This document shows, one piece after another, positions 1 through 13,005 of a DNA stretch of 49,054 nucleotides (position 1 is the stretch's first letter; the number at the start of each line of letters is the position of its first letter). Source of the DNA: Octopus bimaculoides. Its lineage: Eukaryota. Under the pieces are notes generated by a model, which saw only the letters and a program-made list of their open reading frames with translations, was not told the origin of the DNA and made no database searches. The position numbers and the translations under genes are program-made. The stretch is taken from assembly GCF_001194135.2 (NCBI RefSeq), contig NC_069002.1:14487287-14536340 (forward strand), read 5' to 3'.

Positions 1-33
<33 letters not shown>

Positions 34-45
34 CACACACACACA

Positions 46-165
46 CGATGGACGTCTTTCAGTTTCTATCTACCAAATCCTCTTACAAGAATTTGATCGG
101 TACAAGACACTTGCTAACGGTGCCGCGTAATAATACTGAATCCAAAACCTTGATCCTTTCAACTT
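46..165 (-). mobile_element. SINE family A, degenerate 5' (head) fragment
   Basis: cagtttctatctaccaaatcc...aagacacttgc..aaggtgcc-like block matches the copies at 10097-10257 and 19245-19402. Confidence 0.65.
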
Positions 166-321
166 TACATTGTCAACGCAAATGACTAAATCCAATAAAA
201 CCCCAAAACAACTAAGACTGCTGACGAATCCCATAGTTACCTCGCAAAAAGAACACACCTAAATATGCACACCTGCTAACAAATTTTTTCGTGCATGAAT
301 AAATTCTAAAAAATAGCATAA

Positions 322-385
322 ATGGCGGTGCCCCAGCATGACCACAGCTCAAGAGCTGAAACTAGATAAAATAAGAATGAATGAA
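322..385 (+). mobile_element. SINE family A, 3' tail fragment
   Basis: ggcggtgccccagcatgaccacag..ctgaaac matches the tail at 12952-13000. Confidence 0.6.
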
Positions 386-584
386 AATAACCCTAAATTT
401 AATCATTAAAGATTTCTCCATAAGAACCCACCCTAACACCTAATTGTCCCTCCTATGAAAGCTACGCACCTAAGGAAGGTTTTAACTCAACAGAGACTAT
501 ATAATGTCAAGATTAACTTCAATGCATCGCAGTCCAAATATAGCGAAGCTGGCCAAAAATTCTAACTTACTGTCAATAATATTC

Positions 585-1118
585 ATGTTTAAGGCTAATA
601 ACGATACATATGTATGTATGTATGTATATGTGAATGCAGACATACATGCTTACACACATACGTATATATACAACTTGGTAAACCTGAAGTTATTTGAACA
701 TAGGTGGTATTCAGTCAGTGATGACCAGCTGATTAACAACAACAACAGTAACAACAATATCAACGACAACAACAACAACAACAACAACAATAGNNNNNNN
801 NNNNNNNNNNNNNNNNNNNNNNNNNNNNNNNNNNNNNNNNNNNNNNNNNNNNNNNNNNNNNNNNNNNNNNNNNNNNNNNNNNNNNNNNNNNNNNNNNNNN
901 NNNNNNNNNATGTTTAAGGCTAATAACGATACATATGTATGTATGTATGTATATGTGAATGCAGACATACATGCTTACACACATACGTATATATACAACT
1001 TGGTAAACCTGAAGTTATTTGAACATAGGTGGTATTCAGTCAGTGATGACCAGCTGATTAACAACAACAACAGTAACAACAATATCAACGACAACAACAA
1101 CAACAACAACAACAATAG
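585..1118. other. 209-bp sequence duplicated on both sides of an N-gap (585-793 = 910-1118), probable assembly overlap
   Basis: Identical copies at offset 325, abutting the N run, ending in (AAC)n. Confidence 0.8.
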
Positions 1119-1886
1119 CACCACCACCAACAACAATAGCAAAGACAACAATAATAACAACATCAGCAACAAGTAACCACTTAGATTCGTGTTTTCCTTA
1201 CAACGTCAAGATATTGGATTTGCTTGTAAACAGGCAAGAACCAGAAAGTGGATTAGTGCAGCGGATTGTCCACTTATTATTAACATTCAATGCCTGTTTT
1301 ATTGCAACATTGTTGGCCGAAAGATAACGATTAAATGATGTAACTTGCTGTAATTAAGTTGCTTTGGCCTGCATTAACATTAACCAATGTGCAAATGTGA
1401 TCGAGGCGGCATGAATATTTCCATATGAAGTTATAGTTGGCTATAACATTAAACCTCCATTGGCGACATTTTCTATGAATCTCGTTAGAATAACAAGATA
1501 AAACTCATTATATTCTAATTATTATATTCTTTCCCAACGTGGTAAGTGACATTAAGGATAAGATATTTAAGTGCTTTGGACTAACTTTCTTTCGTTTTAA
1601 TGTCTTTCTGGTTCAAGTTTCTGTAACGAGGATGCCTTTTAGAGTTCAAATAATACCAAAGATTAGTTTGAATTTAAACGATCTTCATTATTAATATTCG
1701 ATTCGAATGAAAGCACAAAGATACAGATTCTTCAGGAATTTGCCTGGGGAATCTTGGGGACTTTAGTGAGAAACTTCACAAGGAATTCCATTGGAAAGAA
1801 CAGGTGATTGAGGAAATATATCAAAGCGGTCGGAAAACGACACATTATAGGAAACTCCAGCTGGATCCTTCAGCGTAATATATGCA

Positions 1887-1899
1887 TACATACATACAT

Positions 1900-1972
<73 letters not shown>
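1887..1972. repeat. (TACA)n/(CA)n microsatellite running into an N-gap
   Basis: Direct reading. Confidence 0.95.
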
Positions 1973-2781
1973 NNNNNNNNNNNNNNNNNNNNNNNNNNNN
2001 NNNNNNNNNNNNNNNNNNNNNNNNNNNNNNNNNNNNNNNNNNNNNNNNNNNNNNNNNNNNNNNNNNNNNNNNNNNNNNNNNNNNNNNNNNNNNNNNNNNN
2101 NNNNNNNNNNNNNNNNNNNNNNNNNNNNNNNNNNNNNNNNNNNNNNNNNNNNNNNNNNNNNNNNNNNNNNNNNNNNNNNNNNNNNNNNNNNNNNNNNNNN
2201 NNNNNNNNNNNNNNNNNNNNNNNNNNNNNNNNNNNNNNNNNNNNNNNNNNNNNNNNNNNNNNNNNNNNNNNNNNNNNNNNNNNNNNNNNNNNNNNNNNNN
2301 NNNNNNNNNNNNNNNNNNNNNNNNNNNNNNNNNNNNNNNNNNNNNNNNNNNNNNNNNNNNNNNNNNNNNNNNNNNNNNNNNNNNNNNNNNNNNNNNNNNN
2401 NNNNNNNNNNNNNNNNNNNNNNNNNNNNNNNNNNNNNNNNNNNNNNNNNNNNNNNNNNNNNNNNNNNNNNNNNNNNNNNNNNNNNNNNNNNNNNNNNNNN
2501 NNNNNNNNNNNNNNNNNNNNNNNNNNNNNNNNNNNNNNNNNNNNNNNNNNNNNNNNNNNNNNNNNNNNNNNNNNNNNNNNNNNNNNNNNNNNNNNNNNNN
2601 NNNNNNNNNNNNNNNNNNNNNNNNNNNNNNNNNNNNNNNNNNNNNNNNNNNNNNNNNNNNNNNNNNNNNNNNNNNNNNNNNNNNNNNNNNNNNNNNNNNN
2701 NNNNNNNNNNNNNNNNNNNNNNNNNNNNNNNNNNNNNNNNNNNNNNNNNNNNNNNNTTTTCATAATTAATGAAAGGGTATA

Positions 2782-2821
2782 AATAATAATAATAATAATA
2801 ATGATAATAATAATAATAATG

Positions 2822-2894
<73 letters not shown>

Positions 2895-2896
2895 TA
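2782..2896. repeat. (TAA)n microsatellite
   Basis: Direct reading. Confidence 0.95.
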
Positions 2897-3198
2897 ACAG
2901 ACCTGGAAAATAGAGGTAACTCGAATGTGGAATCTAAAAACAGAAACAATTCCTATCATAGTAGGTGTCTTAGGTATAATAAAAAAATATTCAGACAAAT
3001 ACATAACAAAAATACCAGGACTTACAAATATATATAACATACAGAAAATTGCACTACCGGGCACTGCACACATCCTACGCAAAACACTTTCAATACAGTA
3101 ACCATAAGAGCATCACAGCAAACCACAGCACATACCCAAGACACACAGAGCTGTGCTCGGTAGTGAAGTGAAAGCACGTTATAAAAATAAAACTACTG

Positions 3199-3453
3199 AA
3201 CAACAACAACAAAAGCAACAATAATAATAATTATAATAATCCTTTCTACTTTAGGTACAAGGCTTGAAATTTGGGTGGGAGAGGACTAGTCGATTACATC
3301 GACTCCAGTGCGTAACTGGTACTTAATTTATCGACCCTGAAAGGAGGAAGGACAAAGTCGACCTCGGTGGAATTTGAACTCGGAATGTAGCGATGGGCAA
3401 CATATCGCTGAGCATGTCGTCTAGCGTGCTAACGATTCTGTCAGATCGCTGCC

Positions 3454-3455
<2 letters not shown>
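3199..3455 (-). mobile_element. SINE family B (tRNA-like head, TTA/TTG tail)
   Basis: Reverse complement gives ggcagcgatctgacagaatcgttagcacg...gagttcaaattcc (A/B-box-like), gaggtcgactttgtccttcc..ggtcgataaattaagtacc body and a simple-repeat tail. Confidence 0.85.
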
Positions 3456-3499
<44 letters not shown>

Positions 3500-3738
3500 C
3501 AACAGCAACAATAATAATAATAATAATTTCTACTGGAAGCACAAGGCCTCAAATTTGGGGAAAGTGATTAAGTCGATTACATCAACCCCAGTGCGTAACT
3601 AGTACTTATTTAATCGACCCTGAATGAATGAGAGGTAAAGTCGACTTCGGCGCAATTTGAACTCAGAACGTAACGGCAGATAAAATACAGCTAAGAATTT
3701 CGCCCGGCGTGTTAACGAATCTGCCAGCTCGCCGCTTT
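3456..3738 (-). mobile_element. SINE family B, second tandem copy
   Basis: Same head/body/tail architecture; its (AAT)n tail abuts the head of the previous copy. Confidence 0.88.
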
Positions 3739-3744
3739 AAGAAG

Positions 3745-3900
<156 letters not shown>

Positions 3901-4497
3901 TCGAATCGGTTCGAAACACTGAGAACGAAACATTCAGAAAAGTTATATCCAAACTAAAATAATTCACCGAGCCAAATTTTTCAAAAATCATACACAACCG
4001 TATTACAAAGGATGAAGAGTGTATCGTTAGACTGAAGAGTTTATTCTTAGATGCAACAAGCCTGAAAAATTCCAGGATGGTCATGATAAGAACGTCTTCA
4101 ATAATATATTTTTCGACCAGATCTGACAGGAGATTAAACGACCACACTACGTTACCCACATTAATATTTGTTAGATGTATCCTTTGATTTCTTGAAGGCG
4201 CTTTTATCTTATCGTTTAACCCGTAGAAATAGTAGCTATAACGCCTTGAAAAGTGCTACAGCGTACTGGTTCCGTTTCTTTTAATTATTTTTCATTTTTG
4301 TATAGTTGAACGTTTTACTTCAATCATCTGCGCTTATCGTTAAAACTGCTTTCCATGGTTTAAAGAATACAAAAATAGTTCGGTGATGATAAATTTAAAA
4401 TGAAGTGTGGTAGTTTTAATAAATATAATTAGTGTAAAAGAGGGTTGGGGTAAATTTGGTGGTTTTGGGCGGAGTGTTTATTAAGGAAGAAAATATA

Positions 4498-4728
4498 TTG
4501 GGTTGTCCAGAAAGTTCGTGCCGATTTTAAAGGAAAGAAAAAAGTCAATAAATACTTACCATTACATTTTTAATCAACCAAATATGAACCATTTTGTTGT
4601 ACAATGCATCTCCATCTTTCCTTTAATTTGAAAATATCCTCTTCCCAGAATTGAGGTGGTTTCGTGGCAAATAAGTCGAAAGGTAATCTACTATATAGAA
4701 ATCGGCACGGACTTTTCGGACGACCCTA
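4498..4728 (-). mobile_element. Mariner internal-deletion derivative (MITE-like, 231 bp)
   Basis: ~30-bp TIRs (ttgggttgtccagaaagttcgtgccgattt / aaatcggcacggacttttcggacgacccta), TA on both sides; minus strand encodes a mariner transposase C-terminus FATKPPQFWEEDIFKLKERWRCIVQQNGSYLVD*. Confidence 0.9.
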
Positions 4729-5592
4729 TATTTATCTGCAGCACTGAAAATGGATACTAAATATTTGAAGTTAAAGCACATTGTTTTCTCAAGGGCTGTT
4801 TATGTTGAAGTAACACTGAGACATTCTGGAATATCATAATGAGATTTTCGCTCTTTGAGCAGGTGGTTTAGATTAATTATGTTTAGTATGATGGCCTATA
4901 GCAAGATGGACGCTTATTCAAAAGACATTCGGTTAAATTTCGAAAGCTTTGACAGGAAACTCTGACAGGAAATATAGGAACGCCGTTGCGTATCATTATG
5001 GCCTCACGCAATATCTTCAAAAACCTATCAGTTTTTTTTATATAAGAAATATTACTTTTAATTAGTTCTTATTTGATTGACATACAGCATCATTTACTCA
5101 ACCAATGATACTTATGTAAGGAGAAGAATTGTTAGAGTAGTAATAACGTTGTATAGAGTGTGAGCTCCCGATCTCTAAGCTCTGAGTTCGAATCCTACAG
5201 CGGGAAACTTTACCCTTCATCATTTTGATGACTATAAATAAAGTTATAATCCAGTTCTGCATTCGATTCCCATTCTTCTTCTCTGCCAGTCCGTCCTTTT
5301 GCCTTTCCCACTCTCTCTCACCCTTTCTGTTCCTCCCCCTCATTGTGTGTTAGAAATCGGTTGTATTTAGATCTACACGGCGATGATCTTGGTCTGGTTT
5401 AAAGAAGCATCGTCATAACACGGTGTTTATTGAGTATGTGATTTTAGACCCTTTTAAAGATGTAGGGTATAGTTGGAGGGAGATATGACTGCTAGTTCTG
5501 ACAGATCGAGTGACGACACAAAGCATCGCACGGAGACTTGTACAAGTAGATAGATGTGACGTGAACATTGCAAGCTAGCGTTCAATTTTATG

Positions 5593-5636
5593 TATATATA
5601 TGTGTATATATATATATTTATATATATACACACACG

Positions 5637-5703
<67 letters not shown>

Positions 5704-5733
5704 GTGTGTGTGTGTATGTATGTAAGTATGTAT
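5593..5733. repeat. (TA)n/(TG)n compound microsatellite
   Basis: Direct reading. Confidence 0.95.
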
Positions 5734-5993
5734 AATATCTAGAAAATTGAAGTATTCTGTGTGTATGTGTGTCTACGTGTGTCTGTTTCTGTATGCAAAT
5801 ATTTACTGTACCTCAATAACTTCTCCATCTTTCATCCGATTTCTTTAAAATTTTATATACAGCTGCTTCATATTCCAAGCCCGTAAATAGGCTACTTAAA
5901 TTTTTAAAAACCGATAGGCCTCTAGAGCGAGGGGGAACCAACAATAGATGATTCTTATTCATTTCGATTAACCAGCTGTTTTTAATCTGTAGG

Positions 5994-6350
5994 TCTTCCA
6001 TACTTTTTTTATCTTTTCATAAATCTGAAATGATTTTGTCTATTTATTTATTTCCACTATCCGCCAGCGACAGTTATTAAATTGACTAGGAACATTCAAC
6101 GAATACATCTCCATAATCCTCGACTGATTTTCACCAAACTTTACACACACATTACTTATGTCCCAAGGATGATCATGCACTAAACATGTTGCACAGAACC
6201 CTTGCGTAAATGGACCTAAATGGACATAGAATTTTTTTTGTATATAGAGTCTTCCATACTTTTTTAATCTTTTTATAAAGGTGAAAGGATTTTGTCTATT
6301 TATTTATTTCGACTGTCCACCTGTCACGGTGATTAAATTGACTAGGAACA
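5994..6350. repeat. Diverged ~101-bp direct duplication (5994-6094 vs 6250-6350)
   Basis: Shared tcttccatacttttt, gattttgtctatttattta and attaaattgactaggaaca blocks at offset 256. Confidence 0.8.
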
Positions 6351-6943
6351 CTACGCGATGAATATGCAATACCAAACAATCTTAATCTCCATATTTAAAC
6401 TGCATTAAACTTTGGCAAATTTACCTTTACCTATTCTGAGATACTTGAAAGGTGATGTTCCCTTCCCTACTAACGCGTTGTTTCAATTTAAGGATGCTTA
6501 TTTACCCATCCATTATATTTCAACTGTTATCCATTATCGTTCTAGCCTTTTTTAAACAATCACATATGATTCGTCCTTTTTTAAACAATCACATATGATT
6601 CTTCCCCCAAAATCAACCTTTAAATAAGAGTTTTGCTTCCACTAGCGAAAGATATGCGCATCATTCAGAAAGCTCCATACGAATCTAACTTTATGCAGTA
6701 TTTGCTGAACAAAGAAGCTTTTGTTATCTTATCTCTCCGAAGAAAATAGATCCCTTTGCTGTTGAAACAAATAAAATTTACAGAGGGGAAGTTCAGCGTC
6801 TTCCTTTCAATTTCATTACACCATTTGTTTAACGGGAAAAATGCTGCTTTTCCTGTTCAATTACATGAAAAGCAGAAAGCATTCTGGACTGCAATAGACA
6901 GTACGCCGTATACATTTTCAACGAGGTTATGTACCTATGGATG

Positions 6944-7264
6944 AAGGAGCGTCACTTTGCTGTTAGGGTATTCGGCTCAAATTCGTAAGTACGTAAGTTC
7001 GCTTCCTGTGTCTCATTTTGTTCTTGAACAAGACACTTTATTTCCCGTTGCTCCAGTCTGCTCAGCTGGCAAAAATTAGTGGTTCGTGTATTTCATAGGG
7101 TTAGCATTGTCACATTCTGTGTCACACTGAATCTTCCCGAGGGTTACATTGAAGGTACACGTGTCCGCGGAGTGCTCAGCCACTTTCACGTTAATTTGAC
7201 GAGTAAGCTGTTCTGTTGATCTGTTCAACTGTGGCATTCGTCGTCGTAACCGGCGGAGTACCAG
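6944..7264 (+). mobile_element. SINE with family C 5' part and family D 3' part
   Basis: tgttcttgaacaagacactttatttc...ctcagctggcaaaaat matches the reverse complement of 37170-37240; ttgtcaca..gtgtcac..ggagtgctcagccactt..cacgttaattt matches 34733-34890. Confidence 0.8.
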
Positions 7265-7552
7265 TTACGTATCTATGTATATACAGACCAACTTTGGATA
7301 CATTGGTGCGCTTGCCATTTCCTAGTAACTTGCTTGATAAAATACAGAATCAATAAAATACTGAGCTCGGTTTAATTGGCAGTAATCTATTGCCACCATT
7401 GTGTTGCCCTGTCAAATATCGATTACATACACTAAAGTACATATTTTTGTTTTTTACCTTTTAATGTCCAACATAGAATATGAAAACAGCAGTTAATCGA
7501 ATCATTATATTTCTCACAATATATCACACTATCTTCCAGTAAAATTATTGGC

Positions 7553-7650
7553 CTTTATTCCTTTATTCCTTTATTCCTTTATTCCTTTATTCTTTTATTC
7601 TTTTACTTGTTTCAGCCATTTGCGTGTGACCATGCTGGAGCACCGCCTTC
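7553..7650 (-). mobile_element. SINE family A tail fragment with (TTTATTCC)n-type tail
   Basis: ttttacttgtttcagccatttg..gaccatgctggagcaccgcc. Confidence 0.75.
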
Positions 7651-8384
7651 GTATGTTATTTTAGATATCTATTGTTTATTTGTATATTTATATTATTATT
7701 ATTATTCAGTTTTTTTTTCAAAATGTTAAAATTCTGGAGGCAAATTTCCAGTAATTAGGTTTCTGTTTCCCAAGAATAAATAAATGAATAGCCTGACTCT
7801 GTTACACCAATGTAATACGATAAAAATAGCGCAGAAGAATATCACCGCTGTGATGTCATATCCGGTAACGGAATTCCCAATTCCGTTGGTCAGGAAATTG
7901 AAAAAAGGTAAAAAACAAAACGAAAAAAGAATTCATTGAAACATCTATTGTTTATAATGTTTATATACTGATGAATATAATAATGAATACGAATTGTATT
8001 GTGCACGCGTACACACACACACACATGCGTACACATACCCATATGCATACATTGTAAATGATCTTTCGTCGTTTTCGGCGATATGTATCCCATTTGTTTT
8101 ATCAGCTGCTCATTTGCTGAAGTTACTGTACGTAGTTGAGTATACCGGTAACAGTTCTAATTTAAACGTAATTCTCAGTCCCGTGTGGTTAGATTAAAAG
8201 ATTAAATCAATCAATCGGCTTTGTTCATATTTCTCATCAACCCAAATTTCAGTCGCAAGTTTAAATCTATTCGAATCAAGAGTCTAAGTTACTTGCTTAA
8301 TATTCCACACCCTCTGGGATTAAAACCGAACAGGATGCAAACTTCTTAGGCACTCCGTCATATCTGTGGCACAAAGACAAACAC

Positions 8385-8433
8385 ACACACATACATACAT
8401 ACATACATACATACATACATACTTACATCTATA

Positions 8434-8508
<75 letters not shown>
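8385..8508. repeat. (CATA)n-(CTGT)n-(CT)n-(CTAT)n compound microsatellite
   Basis: Direct reading. Confidence 0.95.
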
Positions 8509-9106
8509 NNNNNNNNNNNNNNNNNNNNNNNNNNNNNNNNNNNNNNNNNNNNNNNNNNNNNNNNNNNNNNNNNNNNNNNNNNNNNNNNNNNNNNNNNNNN
8601 NNNNNNNNNNNNNNNNNNNNNNNNNNNNNNNNNNNNNNNNNNNNNNNNNNNNNNNNNNNNNNNNNNNNNNNNNNNNNNNNNNNNNNNNNNNNNNNNNNNN
8701 NNNNNNNNNNNNNNNNNNNNNNNNNNNNNNNNNNNNNNNNNNNNNNNNNNNNNNNNNNNNNNNNNNNNNNNNNNNNNNNNNNNNNNNNNNNNNNNNNNNN
8801 NNNNNNNNNNNNNNNNNNNNNNNNNNNNNNNNNNNNNNNNNNNNNNNNNNNNNNTTACTTCGCAAATATTGAGGAAAAGAAATAACGTCACTTCTTTTGT
8901 ATAATATCGGTTGTTGACACCGTTCTCAAGAACCGAAGTGTTAACGCACACACACAATGCACTCTCTTGTCCACATATGTCCCCACCCATATAACCTCAA
9001 AGACACACCTCTAACTTCCATTTCTCAACAATGCTCCCACTACACAAATTTTCTGATTCTCGATCTTTCCTTCCTTGCTACCTCCACTACCCCTCCTCTC
9101 TCTCCT

Positions 9107-9108
9107 CT

Positions 9109-9165
<57 letters not shown>

Positions 9166-9202
9166 ACCACCACCACCACCACCACCATTATCATCATCAT
9201 CA
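9107..9202. repeat. (TAC)n-(CAC)n-(CAT)n compound microsatellite
   Basis: Direct reading. Confidence 0.95.
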
Positions 9203-9659
9203 CCTTCATTCCTCTAATTTCCAGCAGCTGTACCTTCAACCTTGACCTCCACGCCTTTCTGCCACTCCATTCTTACTCATTTCCTTCCTTTAGTGTCCAT
9301 TTCTCAGGTCTTTCTGATCTTTGGTTAGCGCTGGTTCCTGCAACAGACCTGCTAGAATTAGCAGCCAAGGTCTTCACAACTGAAATACTACGCTCATAAT
9401 AATCGCATGACACGTAATACAATGCTAAACAACATCTAACATTAGTTTAGTTACGACACGCGTTAGAAACAAAACAGAGAGGATGGTAATAGCTGGAACG
9501 CCTCAGGTTACTCTTCCATTCGACCTCGGATGATCTGAGTTTAAATAGTAACAGCATATCCTTACTGCATGTTTTTTTATGTCTCGCCTCGTACGGCGGT
9601 CAGATGATAGAATCCTGCCATCAAGAAATTTAACGAATATTTTGTAGTACAATTTCCGC

Positions 9660-9871
9660 TTACTCTCTTTTACTCTTTTACTTGTTTCAGTCATTTGACT
9701 GTGGCCATGCTAGAGCACCGCCTTTAGTCGAGCAAATCGACCCCAGGACTTATTCTTTGTAAGCCTAGTACTTATTCTATCGGTCTCTTTTGCCGAACCG
9801 CTAAGTTACGGGAACACACCAGCATCGGTTGTCAAGCGATGTTGGGGGGACAAACACAGACACACACATAC

Positions 9872-9912
<41 letters not shown>

Positions 9913-10260
9913 NNNNNNNNNNGACTTATTCTTTGTAAGCCTAGTACTTATTCTATCGGTCTCTTTTGCCGAACCGCTAAGTTACGGGAACACACCAGCA
10001 TCGGTTGTCAAGCGATGTTGGGGGGACAAACACAGACACACACATACATATATATATATACATATATATATATATACATATATATACATACATATATACG
10101 ACGGGCTTCTTTCAGTTTCCGTCTACCAAATCCACTCACATGGCTTGGTTGGCCCGAGGCTATAGTAGAAGACGCTTGCTCAAGGTGCTACGCAGTGAGA
10201 ATGAACCCGGAACCATGTGGTTGGCAAGCAAGCTACTTACCACACAACCACTCTTGCGCC
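9660..10260 (-). mobile_element. SINE family A, full length with internal (TA)n; 9747-9912 is repeated from 9923 across a 10-N gap
   Basis: Reverse complement: tRNA-like head (gtggttgtgtggtaag...ccgggttc), ccttgagcaag body, internal microsatellite, right arm, (taaaagag)n tail; the duplication flanks a 10-N gap. Confidence 0.9.
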
Positions 10261-10263
10261 TTT

Positions 10264-10510
10264 ACATTCGAAGTTTAAATCCTGTCGATGTTAACTTTAC
10301 TTTTCATGTGTCCGGGATCGATAAAATAAAGTACCATTCAAATACGGGGACCGACGATATTAGCAAATCCTTCCCCTCAAAATTTCAGGCCTTTATTTTA
10401 CCGAGTCCACCAGGATGGAAGTCAAAGTTCACATCAGCAGAGTTTGAATGGCAAAAGTACCAAAACAATTATTGCAAAACATTTTCTCCGACACTCTAAC
10501 GATTCTGATA
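10264..10510. mobile_element. Two degenerate family B fragments in opposite orientation
   Basis: ttcatgtgtccgggatcgataaaataaagtacc (+) then gagtttgaa..aaacattttctccgacactctaacgattctg (-). Confidence 0.55.
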
Positions 10511-10589
10511 ATCTAATTCGTCCGATAATTTCTGACATATGTACGAGGCCATATTTTTTACTGGGGTGAGGGAGGCAGTCGAAAATATT

Positions 10590-10715
10590 GACTTCTGTAC
10601 GTGACTAGTATCTTATTTTATCTATGCCAGAAGAGACCAAAGCAAACATCCCCGCGGTAGGATTTGAACTAAGAACGTGAAGAATCAGAAAAAATACCGC
10701 AAAGCATTTTATCCG
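10590..10715 (-). mobile_element. Degenerate SINE family B
   Basis: ggatttgaactaagaacgt...aaataccgcaaagcatttt. Confidence 0.55.
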
Positions 10716-11842
10716 ATTCTCGCGTAGTTCTTTTTCCTTCCTCGATTGATATTTGACAAGGCATTTTCCGCAGGTTTCTCGTCTGATATCATTTCTATGT
10801 ATTGGAGTCCTTAATACTGAAACGAGTAAGTGGAATAAATAAAATCAATTTTATTCCCCGCACAAAATGTGGGGGCATTTTCTCACAGTGTTATAAATCA
10901 AATATTGACCACAACTTCGGCCATTGTCCCTCTGTGGAAGGTCATAAATTATTTCGTTTGGTTTGTTTTGCCATAAACTTCGGCCTCTTTGGCTAAATCG
11001 GGTGACGTAATTTAATAAAACTCACTTTATAGAATTTAATGGAAAACTATTCAATTTTGGTTTTGAGGTCTTATTAGATATTTGCCATTGTGAGCTTTCA
11101 AGAAATACATTAAGTATTGTTGCTGTTATTACTATTGTTGTTAACTTTTGCTGCTTTCGAGAACCAAACTGAAGGATCTTTAAGCAATTGTCAGAAATAC
11201 AAAGAAAATCTCTCTTAAACAATTCTTCCTCTTGAAATAAAAATGGAAGCATCGGACAATATAATCCGTCATTGGCAAAAATACTGGATGGATACGGCCG
11301 GAATCGGCATCTTCTGCAACGATCTGCGTTTAAACAACAACAGCAGCAGCAGCAGCAACAACAACACCAACAGTTTTCTGAACGTCTGTAATAAGATGGT
11401 TTTCAAACAAGATATATAAAATAATTGACTGACTTGTTATATTCAATTTTAATCATTTATGGCAAGATTAAATAATAGGTTTCTCACATGATTAATATAA
11501 AGTATTTTAATTAATGACCGAACGACGGAAATCATAATTTCTCGGTGAATTATTGATGTTATATATTAATTCTTTGTTAATGTGTACACTTGAATTCTAA
11601 CTATTAAGCTGAATATTCTATTGTTTGTTGAATTCATTTTGGAAATATATATTTATGTTATATCATAATAGTGAAACTTAGCGCCGTTCGTTATAGGATT
11701 TCATGGAGTCAATCACTTGGTCGTTGCATTTCTGAAAATGAGAGCGACAAAGGGGTGTCTAGAATCGACTTAAAATATATATTGCACACACGCAATTATG
11801 CATACATGCAAAAGTGTCTACACCAGTGTATTGATGTGTGTG

Positions 11843-11883
<41 letters not shown>

Positions 11884-12171
11884 NNNNNNNNNNNNNNNNN
11901 NNNNNNNNNNNNNNNNNNNNNNNNNNNNNNNNNNNNNNNNNNNNNNNNNNNNNNNNNNNNNNNNNNNNNNNNNNNNNNNNNNNNNNNNNNNNNNNNNNNN
12001 NNNNNNNNNNNNNNNNNNNNNNNNNNNNNNNNNNNNNNNNNNNNNNNNNNNNNNNNNNNNNNNNNNNNNNNNNNNNNNNNNNNNNNNNNNNNNNNNNNNN
12101 NNNNNNNNNNNNNNNNNNNNNNNNNNNNNNNNNNNNNNNNNNNNNNNNNNNNNNNNNNNNNNNNNNNNNNN

Positions 12172-12216
<45 letters not shown>

Positions 12217-12688
12217 AAGGAAAGACGGAAGATGGAATACGCGAGAATTCATTATTAATCACGACAATCGTTTCGACACATGTAGCATAGATTCGTCATG
12301 GGTGGAACACTCAACAAATGGTTCAGGAGCATCAAGCGGTGCAGGTGTATCTCGTCGGGTGATAAATAATTACAACTCGTTAAAATCACTGTTCCGCAAT
12401 GTAACTTCTCATTTTGTAGAAAGAAAAACAGCCAGACAGGAAATATCTTCATTTAAATAGAAGATCAAAGATGAAATCATAAATGGCAAAAAGAGAAATG
12501 AACACGTAATCCAGCCAGAAAAGTATTAATTTTTTTAATGTATATGTATATGTGTGTGTGTATGCATGCTTCCGTGCGTGCCTACGTGTTAGTGTTTGTG
12601 TGTTAAATGTAAACACAAATGGCGTTAAAAATTTACGACAGCTGTTTCGGTAAAATTTTTTGATGCATTCACGAATTACATCATAAGT

Positions 12689-12848
12689 GCAGGCGTCGCT
12701 GTGTGGCAAGAAGCTTACTTCCTAAGCACATGGATCCGGGTTCAGTTCCACTGCGTGGCACCTTGGTCAGGTGTTTTCCTCTATTACCTCGCCTCGGGCC
12801 GATCAAAGCCTTCTGAGTGGATTTGGTAGACGGAAACTGAAAAAGGCC

Positions 12849-12902
<54 letters not shown>

Positions 12903-13005
12903 GTATGTATGCATGTATCGGAGTCAATTCATTCGACTACAAATTCCTCAAGGCGGTGCCCCAGCATGACCGCGGTCTAATGACTGAAACGAGCAAAAGA
13001 TAAAA
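12689..13005 (+). mobile_element. SINE family A with most of the right arm deleted
   Basis: Head ccgggttcagttccactgcgtggcaccttgg, ggatttggtagacggaaactga, (TA)n, then tail aaggcggtgccccagcatgaccgcggtc..tgactgaaac. Confidence 0.88.

Noticed and set aside
585-1118. Perfect 209-bp direct repeat (CRISPR/LTR-like)
   Set aside because: Identical copies flank an N-gap; typical unmerged contig overlap
1763-3082. Long ORFs (439, 389, 445, 300 aa etc.) in the ORF track
   Set aside because: They consist of N-runs and microsatellite translations (poly-Y/I/HT/CV/ER), not genes
6546-6601. 27-bp tandem duplication
   Set aside because: Ordinary slippage-type duplication with only two units; not an array
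9277-9399. Exon-like segment readable on either strand (LSDLWLALVPATDLLELAAKVF / VKTLAANSSRSVAGTS)
   Set aside because: It contains the dispersed repeat motif seen at three other sites; no homology recognised
9747-10090. Apparent internal duplication of SINE A; similarly 46891-46986
   Set aside because: The copies straddle 10-N gaps; assembly artefact
12212-12460. Complex-looking ORFs on both strands after (TA)n
   Set aside because: No convincing splice pair, start context or recognisable domain
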